From Candidatus Melainabacteria bacterium 17Bon1m (GTDB taxonomy: Bacteria > Cyanobacteriota > Vampirovibrionia > Obscuribacterales > Obscuribacteraceae), in the NCBI GenBank assembly GCA_032128875.1, contig JAVLKG010000014.1, positions 33,350 to 97,349 of the forward strand: a stretch of DNA of 64,000 bases, in the 5' to 3' direction. The translations under genes were made by a program, and so were the position numbers. Below the pieces are notes generated by a model. It had not been told where the DNA came from and did no database searches. It was given only the letters and a program-made list of their open reading frames with translations. How positions within the stretch are numbered: position 1 is the stretch's first letter; each line of letters opens with the position of its first letter. Of this stretch, positions 30,883-38,389 are shown one piece after another.

Positions 30883-31842
30883 GTGAAACTGATTGGGTTT
30901 TCTGAAATCTTAGACCGGGCGACGCATGGCGGCGCCCCTACGCTTGCTGCGACGCATGGCGTCGCCCCTGCGCTTGCTGCGACGCGTGGCATCGCTCACA
31001 GGATTGCTGGGAACGCGACGCGTGGTGTCGCCACTGCACTTGTCGCACTGGGCCTCGCGAGCAGTTTTCTTCCGGCTTCTGCTGCTGTAGATCTCAATCA
31101 CACGCTGTTTACCGCAGATCTCAAGGAATACGTCGACCGAGATCTTGTGCACTACAAAAAATGGAAGCAACATACAGAGCGTCTCGAGCAATATTTGAAG
31201 TCGCTGTCTGAGATCACTCAGGACGAGTATGAAAAGCTTTCTAGAGAGGAGAAGAAAGCGCTGTGGATAAACGCGTACAATGCCTTTACCGTGAAGGTTG
31301 TTCTCGATCATTACCCTATCAACGGAACTGAGCCCTACTATCCGAAAAATAGCTTTCGACAGATACCGGATGCTTGGGACGAGTTCTACTTCGTCGTCGC
31401 AGGGCGCCGAGTCAATCTCAATGAAATCGAACACAACATCAGCAGGCGATTGAACGATCCGCGCATACACTTTGCGGTTGTTTGTGCTGCGAAGGGTTGT
31501 GCGAAGATCAATAAAGAAGCATACGTTGCAACCAATCTAGATGCGGTTCTCGATGCGCAGACTCAGAAGTTCATTCTCGATCAGCAGAACGTCAGCTTCG
31601 ATCACAAGGAGAAAGTTGTGCATGTGTCGAAGCTTTTCTCCTGGTTTCCTCTCGATTTTTTGAACGCGGTTGGTTTTAAAACTGTGCCTTTTCCGCCACC
31701 CAAAGATGATGAAGTAGTGCTTCGGTATATTGTTTCGCGCAGTCCGAAAGACGTGCAGGAACGCTTTAAAACAGACGACGACTACCGCGCGTACAAAGTC
31801 CTCTACAAAGACTATGACTGGTCGCTCAATGACGCCGACTAG
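30883..31842 (+). CDS. Exported DUF547-family protein with REP-derived N-terminal repeats
   Basis: ALWINAYNAFT, LNEIEH, DPRIHFAVVCAAKGC, SKLFSWF, YDWSLND. Confidence 0.9.
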   Translation: MKLIGFSEILDRATHGGAPTLAATHGVAPALAATRGIAHRIAGNATRGVATALVALGLASSFLPASAAVDLNHTLFTADLKEYVDRDLVHYKKWKQHTERLEQYLKSLSEITQDEYEKLSREEKKALWINAYNAFTVKVVLDHYPINGTEPYYPKNSFRQIPDAWDEFYFVVAGRRVNLNEIEHNISRRLNDPRIHFAVVCAAKGCAKINKEAYVATNLDAVLDAQTQKFILDQQNVSFDHKEKVVHVSKLFSWFPLDFLNAVGFKTVPFPPPKDDEVVLRYIVSRSPKDVQERFKTDDDYRAYKVLYKDYDWSLNDAD

Positions 31843-31854
31843 GTGAGATTAGAG

Positions 31855-31981
31855 CGCGGGGGTGCGTTGCACGCGCGCGTATTGCGTCGAGGCGTTTGCG
31901 TGGGGGCGCGTTGCACGCGCCCATTTTACAGCGACGTCGCAGGCGACGCTCCGCATAGGGAGCCACCTGCAGCTCTCCTAC
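31855..31981. repeat. Cluster of REP-like palindromes (family C plus degenerate copies)
   Basis: GTGGGGGCGCGTTGCACGCGCCC near 31900 plus degenerate neighbours between convergent genes. Confidence 0.7.
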
Positions 31982-33156
31982 TGAGTTGGTGGCGGTGAAC
32001 TCTGGCCAAGCGCTTCGGCGATGAAGTTAGCGGCAATTGCCTGGCGCAAACTAATGCCAATCTTGGGCGCAGGATCAGGCAATAGGTTGTTGAATGCGCG
32101 TCCTGAGTTGTAGTCGAAATGTCCGACCAGGTGAAGGACTTTGCCTTTTCCAAAATTGAATGTTGCAGCTAAGTTGCCCAAACCTTGAGTGTCATCGGTT
32201 TTGAGTTGCACGCTTGCGGCAAGAATTTCGACTCTATCAGGTTTGATAACGCGCATGAGCTGGCACTTCCTATCCAGCTTCCAGTGTGCGCGTGGTACGG
32301 TTCCTTGCGTCAAAATCGGATCTTCGGTTTTGATGTAGGCATCTACTACTCTTGTTTCGCTTGTGTTGTCGCCGTTCCATTCTATAAATCCGGGGACAGC
32401 TTTCTGCAAGCAACCTTCCAAAGCCCAGTCGGTCGTGAGCAAATAACCACCGCCGCGAACAAACTTGTTGATCGCCGCAATTCCCTCGGCGGGGACATTT
32501 CCGGCGCAGTCGACAATCAGGATCTTCGATTTACTCAAGTCGTACTTATGCAATTGATCTGGCGGCACTTTCGAACAGCCCAAGCCGAAAGCTCTGAGTA
32601 CGTGTCCGGAATCGTCCCATTTGCCTTTCACCTCGATGATTTGTTCTCTCTGAGCTTGCAAACCACCTTGCAGCTCTGGATGATTTTTCTCAATCCAGGA
32701 GCGGAAAGTTTTGGATTCGACTATCGCTTCTCTTGCCGGAGGGTAGTGGATAGATGTTGGTTCTTGCTGAATCAGACCGAAACGTGGCGGCGCACCCGTC
32801 GATTGATTTTGAGGGCCGGAGTGGAAATGAGATACGTTGCCTTCAAGCATGTTTGCGTTTTTTTTCTTGGGAACCGGTATGCCATGCCCGCCTCCGCTAT
32901 CTTCCACTTGAGCATTCGGCCCTTCATCAGATTCGCTCTCGTCAGTGAAGCGATGGGAGCGCTGTTGCCCACGGTGCTCTTCGGCGTCTGGGTTTTGCTC
33001 TACAGGAATGTTTCGTGTCCGTCGAGGCGCCTGGAAGTCGCTAACGCCCTCCTCTTCCACCCAGTCGGATGCCATTACACTGCCACCCACGACGATTGCG
33101 CTGCATGCCGAGACTGCTATTAAGCACGAAAGAACAAATTTTCTTTTCGACTGCAT
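31978..33156 (-). CDS. Hypothetical exported protein with class I amidotransferase-like fold region
   Basis: Signal peptide from MQSKRKF; INKFVRGGGYLLTTDWA and FGKGKVLHLVGHF resemble GATase-like/ThuA-like domains. Confidence 0.65.
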   Translation of the reverse strand: MQSKRKFVLSCLIAVSACSAIVVGGSVMASDWVEEEGVSDFQAPRRTRNIPVEQNPDAEEHRGQQRSHRFTDESESDEGPNAQVEDSGGGHGIPVPKKKNANMLEGNVSHFHSGPQNQSTGAPPRFGLIQQEPTSIHYPPAREAIVESKTFRSWIEKNHPELQGGLQAQREQIIEVKGKWDDSGHVLRAFGLGCSKVPPDQLHKYDLSKSKILIVDCAGNVPAEGIAAINKFVRGGGYLLTTDWALEGCLQKAVPGFIEWNGDNTSETRVVDAYIKTEDPILTQGTVPRAHWKLDRKCQLMRVIKPDRVEILAASVQLKTDDTQGLGNLAATFNFGKGKVLHLVGHFDYNSGRAFNNLLPDPAPKIGISLRQAIAANFIAEALGQSSPPPTQ

Positions 33157-33258
33157 GTGTTTTCCGCGCGGGTTCTTGTTGGGGCCATTACTGGCTAGTA
33201 TAATCCCTCTCTCCCTGACGTTTTTGTTCGGCAAATTAGCCCATCAAAGGATGAAATT

Positions 33259-33657
33259 ATGGCTTACTGGCTTTTGAAAACAGAACCCGACTGCTATAGC
33301 TACGCCGACCTGGAAAAAGATGGGCGAACTATTTGGGACGGTGTGGCAAATAACCTTGCTCTGAAGTATATGCGGGAGGTGCACAAAGGTGACCTTGCGC
33401 TTGTTTATCACACTGGTGATGAAAGAGCTGCAGTGGGAATTTGCGAAGTGGTATCAGAACCTTATGTTGACCCCAAGCTCAACGATCCGAAAATGGTTGT
33501 ATTCGATGTCAAACCGAAAAAGAAATTGACTAGAGCCGTGACTCTTGCTCAAGTCAAAGCTGAAGAGTCTTTAGAGGATTTTCTTCTGGTGAAAAACTCA
33601 CGCTTGAGCGTGATGCCAGTCAACGATCAGCAGTGGAAATTTTTGACGAGCGCCTAG
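33259..33657 (+). CDS. EVE domain protein
   Basis: YWLLKTEP, WDGVAN, GDLALVYHTG, SRLSVMPV. Confidence 0.93.
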   Translation: MAYWLLKTEPDCYSYADLEKDGRTIWDGVANNLALKYMREVHKGDLALVYHTGDERAAVGICEVVSEPYVDPKLNDPKMVVFDVKPKKKLTRAVTLAQVKAEESLEDFLLVKNSRLSVMPVNDQQWKFLTSA

Positions 33658-33716
33658 GCTTTTAAGTACGCGTCAGTGCGCGCACTATCCATAAGTAGCG
33701 ATTAGAATCCCTTAGC

Positions 33717-33965
33717 TCAGGCGCGTTTGCGCTTGGGCTCTTCGCTGGGTGCCGGAGCGTCGTTGACACTATTGCGAATTGAAGCCAACGCATGAAGGCT
33801 CGGCCAAATGACTTCCTTCATCTCTTCCAATTCGTACTCGCCGATTTCGCGGCTGTCATAACGCCTGCACACATCCTCCCAAAGCTGAAACAGCTTCTTA
33901 GGACAGCAGAGCTCACGCGCTTTCTGCTGGAATTCTAGTAAATCGAATGTTTCTACTGTTTCCAT
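33717..33965 (-). CDS. Small hypothetical protein (82 aa)
   Basis: ORF with GGAGG upstream and a protein-like helical composition. Confidence 0.65.
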   Translation of the reverse strand: METVETFDLLEFQQKARELCCPKKLFQLWEDVCRRYDSREIGEYELEEMKEVIWPSLHALASIRNSVNDAPAPSEEPKRKRA

Positions 33966-34414
33966 AATAGGTTGAACCTATCCTCCACGCAAAGCTCTCA
34001 TAGAGAGCCCTATTTAAGAGCATGAAATTTATTCGAGATCCTGTCAAGTTAGAGTTTAATCTTTGCGCCCCGTTTTCTACTCTTTTTGCACTTAGTAGAT
34101 ATCGAGTAGGCACCATCGCCGGTGCCCAACCTCGCGGCTGGAATGATTTACTCTGTCTTGGTTTTGGAGATTGCTTGGCTAGGAAAGTAGAGAATAATTC
34201 TTGAAGAAAAATTTTTCTGCAGAATTTTTTTTGTCTTATCGCTTTTTCGATCTCACTTGCTCTCTCTTGATCTCACCTCACCCTGCTTCTCTTCCAGGCT
34301 TGAACAAATTCTGCTCAGTGCCACCGTTTTCAATTTGAAGCTCGCCTCTTTTGGCTTCAATTTTTTCTGTTTTCTTCTTTTGCAGTGGACGCGTCGCAGC
34401 TCTTGTTGTTCCCC

Positions 34415-34452
34415 AAAAACCCGGCGGGTCCGGTAAATACCGAACCCGCCCC
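34415..34452 (-). terminator. Intrinsic terminator of small gene A
   Basis: Minus strand GGGGCGGGTTCGGTATTTACCGGACCCGCCGGGTTTTT. Confidence 0.7.
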
Positions 34453-34475
34453 TTTCCGTTAGTCGTGAAAACTTC

Positions 34476-34655
34476 TTATTGGTAGTCGTGATTGAATTTC
34501 TGCGTCGGCATCACTGCTTTGACTGCATTCGAGATCAAATCGCGCAGTCCGCGGCGCAGATCTTTCTTCGAATTTTTCGACTTAGCGAGGCACTCGAGTT
34601 CATTGAGATCCAGTCTCTGAAAACCACGTTGACTTTCTCTCTTTTCGGTTTGCAT
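34476..34655 (-). CDS. Unannotated small protein A (59 aa)
   Basis: MQTEKRESQRGFQRLDLNELECLAKSKNSKKDLRRGLRDLISNAVKAVMPTQKFNHDYQ; GAGGA 8 nt upstream; terminator downstream; paralog at 35109-35279. Confidence 0.7.
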   Translation of the reverse strand: MQTEKRESQRGFQRLDLNELECLAKSKNSKKDLRRGLRDLISNAVKAVMPTQKFNHDYQ

Positions 34656-34809
34656 CGTGTGGGTCCTCGGGAGGGGGGCGACTTCCTGATGTTTTACAGA
34701 TTAGAGATCATTCGTGGAATAGTTGTGGAATTTCATGCCAAAAAAAAAATTCTTTGGTCGAAAAGATTAAATGACCCCGCACATGTTTTCCGTCGCCATC
34801 AATCCAGGG

Positions 34810-34979
34810 TGAGGGATTTTCTCACGTTTTTCCCTCAACCTGACCAGGCTGAATATCAACAATAATCCGCTCCGCATCGTCGGCAAGAAAGTCTGCACCC
34901 CGCAGAGCAATTATAATTCCGCGCTGGCGCGCAAATTTTCATGGCTCAGAGTGAGGGATTTTCTCGAGAAAATCCCTCA
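34810..34979. promoter_or_regulatory. Two TGAGGGA-N14-TCCCTCA palindromic sites (putative operator)
   Basis: 34810-34837 and 34952-34979, with identical half-sites and spacing; the second is a perfect palindrome. Confidence 0.55.
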
Positions 34980-35039
34980 GCATGGTGGACTGTTGTTTGA
35001 ACTGTGCCCCAAGCTGTAAAAAGTAGCGAAAATACGCCT

Positions 35040-35076
35040 AAAAACCCCAGCGGACTCAATTTCTTGAGTCCGCCCC
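35040..35076 (-). terminator. Intrinsic terminator of small gene B
   Basis: Minus strand GGGGCGGACTCAAGAAATTGAGTCCGCTGGGGTTTTT. Confidence 0.7.
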
Positions 35077-35108
35077 TTCGAAGAAAACCTTTGCTATCAG
35101 ATGGTCAG

Positions 35109-35279
35109 TTACTTCGCTGCCTTCTTTGGCAGAATTGCTTGTAACTGTTCAGTCATGCGCCTTAATAGCGAGGGCGGTTTCTGACTGGCGAGTCTCGACT
35201 CTACTTGTTGTTGCAGACCAAGCTCCTTAAGGTTCAATCTTTGGAAGCTCTTTTGGGGGGAACGGTCTGGATGTTTCAT
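35109..35279 (-). CDS. Unannotated small protein B (56 aa)
   Basis: MKHPDRSPQKSFQRLNLKELGLQQQVESRLASQKPPSLLRRMTEQLQAILPKKAAK; AAGG upstream; terminator downstream; paralog of A. Confidence 0.7.
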   Translation of the reverse strand: MKHPDRSPQKSFQRLNLKELGLQQQVESRLASQKPPSLLRRMTEQLQAILPKKAAK

Positions 35280-35494
35280 TTCAAACAAGCCTTATTGGAC
35301 TCAACGAATGCAGTGTAATTTTTTTTTGTGGCAAAATTGTGGAACCAAAGTCACAAATAGATTTTTTTTCTGAATACCCCAAAATACGCTCTCCAAAAGG
35401 CTGGATGGCCAATGGAATAGCCCGCTGGATGGTGTTAAGTTTAAATGGCGTTGGCGCAAACCCTCAAATTGGCGCACTTTTTTGGAGAAAAACA

Positions 35495-36127
35495 ATGAGC
35501 AAGGACGATGTAATGGCACTGCTAGCCGAAGCTGGGGCGCTGGTAACCAACAGCCATATCGTCTATACGTCGGGCCGGCACGGTTCGGCTTATATAAATA
35601 AGGATGCGCTTTATGTGCATACAAACGCGACGTCCAAGGTTTGTGAAATGATGGCCCAGGCTTATGACGCGGACTCCGTCGATGTGGTTGCGGGACCGAC
35701 CATTGGTGGCGTCGTTCTTTCGCAATGGGTTGCACACCATCTGACCAAACAGCGCAAAAGCGGCGAAACTCTTGCTGTGTATGCCGAAGAAGAGGGCGCT
35801 GAGCGAAACAGATTGTTCAAGCGTGGCTACGACAACCATATAAGAGGTAAGAACGTGGTTATCGTTGAAGATGTGGTCACGACCGGCGGGAGTGTCGCTA
35901 AGGTTGTTGATGCGGTCAAGGCTTTGGGCGGCAACATCCTGGGCGCCAGCATCCTTTGTAATCGGGGCGGGGTTGGACCTGAAGCGATGGGCGGGGTGAA
36001 GCTGAACTCCCTGACAAATGTAACCCTTGACTCCTATGCCGAAGAAGAGTGCCCGCTCTGCAAGGAAGGCGTGCCGATAAATACCGCCGTAGGAAAAGGG
36101 AAAGCGTACCTAGCCGCCAAAGCTTAG
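35495..36127 (+). CDS. pyrE: Orotate phosphoribosyltransferase
   Basis: YTSGRHGSAYINK, VAGPTIGG, PRPP motif VVIVEDVVTTGGS; GGAG SD before ATG 35495. Confidence 0.9.
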   Translation: MSKDDVMALLAEAGALVTNSHIVYTSGRHGSAYINKDALYVHTNATSKVCEMMAQAYDADSVDVVAGPTIGGVVLSQWVAHHLTKQRKSGETLAVYAEEEGAERNRLFKRGYDNHIRGKNVVIVEDVVTTGGSVAKVVDAVKALGGNILGASILCNRGGVGPEAMGGVKLNSLTNVTLDSYAEEECPLCKEGVPINTAVGKGKAYLAAKA

Positions 36128-36133
36128 ATTCCG

Positions 36134-36184
36134 GCAGACCTCAGTTTCCGCAGACCTCAGTTTCCGCAGACCTCAGTTTCAGCA
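36134..36184. repeat. 16-bp tandem repeat x3
   Basis: GCAGACCTCAGTTTCC repeated directly after the pyrE stop. Confidence 0.85.
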
Positions 36185-36414
36185 GGACTAAGCTTTCAGT
36201 TGAAGCCCCGAGTCTTTTGAGGGCTGATTTCTCTTCTTTATATCCAAATTTAGCATCGCCATGGTGGATTCCAAAAGTGGAAGTCCACCCCCGTGGCGTT
36301 TTGAGGTTTTTCAAAAAAAAAAATCCCGTCTTCCGCCTAAAAGTCTCTGGGGAATCGTTATCACCAATGTAAGGGCTGACTGATTAACTCAATTAATTCG
36401 GAGATGAAGTAGAG

Positions 36415-36708
36415 ATGAACGCACAAGCTATCCCGTTGACCGCAGGACACAGTGGAAGTATGGCTAACTACGCAAATGCAGAAGGCGCACGCCAATTGGT
36501 TGCTCAAAATTTGCAAAGACAAACCAGCATGCGCAACACCGGTACCAAACAGCCGGCAGCACAAGCTCCAGTTGCTAGAGTCGCCACTGCCAAAGTTACG
36601 GCAACAGGGTTGAAACCTATTGAATTGAAGGACAACACCGGACCGATCGCTTGCATGATGTCCTTCTTGAATGCCTTACTCGAAGTTGTAGGCATCGTAC
36701 ACGCTTAA
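36415..36708 (+). CDS. Hypothetical 97-aa protein with hydrophobic C-terminus
   Basis: GGAG upstream; followed by a hairpin plus U-tract (about 36727-36777). Confidence 0.6.
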   Translation: MNAQAIPLTAGHSGSMANYANAEGARQLVAQNLQRQTSMRNTGTKQPAAQAPVARVATAKVTATGLKPIELKDNTGPIACMMSFLNALLEVVGIVHA

Positions 36709-36784
36709 CCCCGCAGCAGCCAAAAAGCCGGTCTCCTCAGCCACCATCTCTGCTGAGGGGACCGTCTTACTTTTTTCGCCAACA

Positions 36785-36837
36785 GTAAGGAGCCGCATGC
36801 GGTTCCCAGAGCAGGGAGGCACATGTGCCTCCCCTAC
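36785..36837. repeat. REP-like composite doublet, family A (inverted)
   Basis: Reverse complement GTAGGGGAGGCACATGTGCCTCCCT...GGGAACCGCATGCGGCTCCTTAC closely matches 7373-7426. Confidence 0.8.
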
Positions 36838-36885
36838 AAGAACGAATGTGTATCCTCGACGAAAAGCAATAGCGTGTCTTCTGGG

Positions 36886-37263
36886 TTATGCGCCGAGACC
36901 AGTAATTGACTTTATTTTTTCCGGCAATTGGGTTGGGTTGAACGGCTTCTGCAAAATGCCTTGAGCGCCTGCATCAAAGAGTTCTTTCTCTCTTTCTTGC
37001 AGCGATTTTGTAGAAACAAATATGACGGGAATCTTCTCTGTCACAGGATTTACGCGCAGGGCTTTCAGTGTTTCGAGCCCATTCATAACTGGCATAACGA
37101 AGTCGAGCAAAATAACATCTGGCTTCTCGGCTATCGCCATGTTTAGACCTACTTCGCCATTCTCCGCTTCAATCACAGTAAATCCGCCAATCATCGTGAG
37201 TGCAAGGTTGGCAATCTGGCGATTGTCTTCTTCGTCATCGATGACCAGCACTTTCATTGTCAT
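36886..37263 (-). CDS. Single-domain response regulator (CheY-like)
   Basis: VIDDE, LLDFVMP, QKPF. Confidence 0.92.
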   Translation of the reverse strand: MTMKVLVIDDEEDNRQIANLALTMIGGFTVIEAENGEVGLNMAIAEKPDVILLDFVMPVMNGLETLKALRVNPVTEKIPVIFVSTKSLQEREKELFDAGAQGILQKPFNPTQLPEKIKSITGLGA

Positions 37264-37409
37264 GTAAAACTGGATTCTCCTGTTTCGCTTATAACCGGTA
37301 TCTCTAGCCTGTAGCGACTGTTTCCTTCAACCAAATTTTGAATATCGCATATTGTTGGCGGCGGTCTCAATCCCGCATTTTTATTCTGGATTTCTTCCAT
37401 CCCACATTT

Positions 37410-38090
37410 CTATTCCGGAGGTGGCTCCAGTTTATAACCGACTCCATGAACTGTCGCCAAAACGCTTGGCTGTCCTTCGACATCAAGTTTTTTCCGCAGG
37501 CGTTTTATATAAGTTCGAATCGTCTCGGGCGATGCTTCCGATTCGGAAGCCCAGACTCGATCCAAAATTGCTTCGGCGCTAAACACCTGATTGGGGTGGC
37601 GCATCAAAAATTCAAGCAGAGCAAATTCTTTGGGTAGCAGGGCGATATCGTCGCCGGAGCGCTTAACCTTAAAACTGTTCGGCTCCAGTGCCAGATTGCC
37701 GCATTTGAGTACCGAGCCTGAGAATGCACTGGGGCGCCGCAGCAGAGCCCGCACCCGTGCCGATAGTTCTTTCAACTCGAATGGTTTGGTCAGATAATCG
37801 TCGGCTCCGGCGTCCAACCCCTGGGACTTTTCGTCCACGTGTTTCTTCGAGGTAAGCATCAATATTGGCGTCGTGCCGCCCGTATTGCGGTAGTCTCGGC
37901 ATACTTCCACCCCGGACAGGCCCGGCAGAACCCAATCCAGAATGATGATGTCGTATTTATAGAATTTGAGTCGGTCCAGCCCGTCTTCGCCCGTGTCGAC
38001 CGTTTCAACAGTGTAGTTCTCACTTTTGAGCCAACTGCCAATCAGTTCTGAGAAGTCTGGTTCGTCCTCAATTACAAGAACTTTCGCCAT
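37410..38090 (-). CDS. OmpR-family response regulator
   Basis: IEDE, LDWVLP, GADDYLTKPF, TVHGVGY; close paralog of 20580..21260. Confidence 0.95.
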   Translation of the reverse strand: MAKVLVIEDEPDFSELIGSWLKSENYTVETVDTGEDGLDRLKFYKYDIIILDWVLPGLSGVEVCRDYRNTGGTTPILMLTSKKHVDEKSQGLDAGADDYLTKPFELKELSARVRALLRRPSAFSGSVLKCGNLALEPNSFKVKRSGDDIALLPKEFALLEFLMRHPNQVFSAEAILDRVWASESEASPETIRTYIKRLRKKLDVEGQPSVLATVHGVGYKLEPPPE

Positions 38091-38389
38091 CTTAGCCTCA
38101 AACTCTTACGCTCAAAAACACACAAAGCTTTGCCGGGATTGATTAAGACCCTAGGGTCTCATGCCACGTAGTCCGATCTTTCCAACCAATATTAAGGACG
38201 CTTTCAACTTGCCGGAAAGTCCTGCTGGGTCTTAATAAATGGCCGGGGGCTCAAACCCAAATGGCTGGTGCGCGAGCGCCGTGGGAGATTCCCCATTGGC
38301 CGAGGTAAGAATTAATCGTAAGCTCGCCATGCATATATGGATACACATATAAGTATTGAGCTGAGACGTTATTGGTGAATTGGCGCTAA

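Noticed and set aside
32185-33123. 312-aa plus-strand ORF
   Set aside because: Antisense to a better-supported gene with a signal peptide; its composition is typical of a shadow ORF.
34200-34410. Strongly pyrimidine-rich plus strand, possible further small gene
   Set aside because: The minus-strand frame I read gives only a short TTG-started ORF without the FQRL motif or an SD; likely promoter or UTR sequence.
34479-34865. 128-aa plus-strand ORF in the track
   Set aside because: It overlaps small gene A on the opposite strand. A has an SD, a terminator and a paralog, and this ORF has none.
35389-35412. PyrR-binding-loop-like sequence upstream of pyrE (TCCAAAAGGCTGGATGG)
   Set aside because: Only a loose match to the AGTCCNGNGAGGCT consensus, with no supporting stem or terminator/antiterminator.
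38133-38246. Inverted repeat ATTAAGACCC/GGGTCTTAAT between the response regulator and the giant gene
   Set aside because: A single 10-bp match with no recurrence or recognisable RNA family; insufficient to call.
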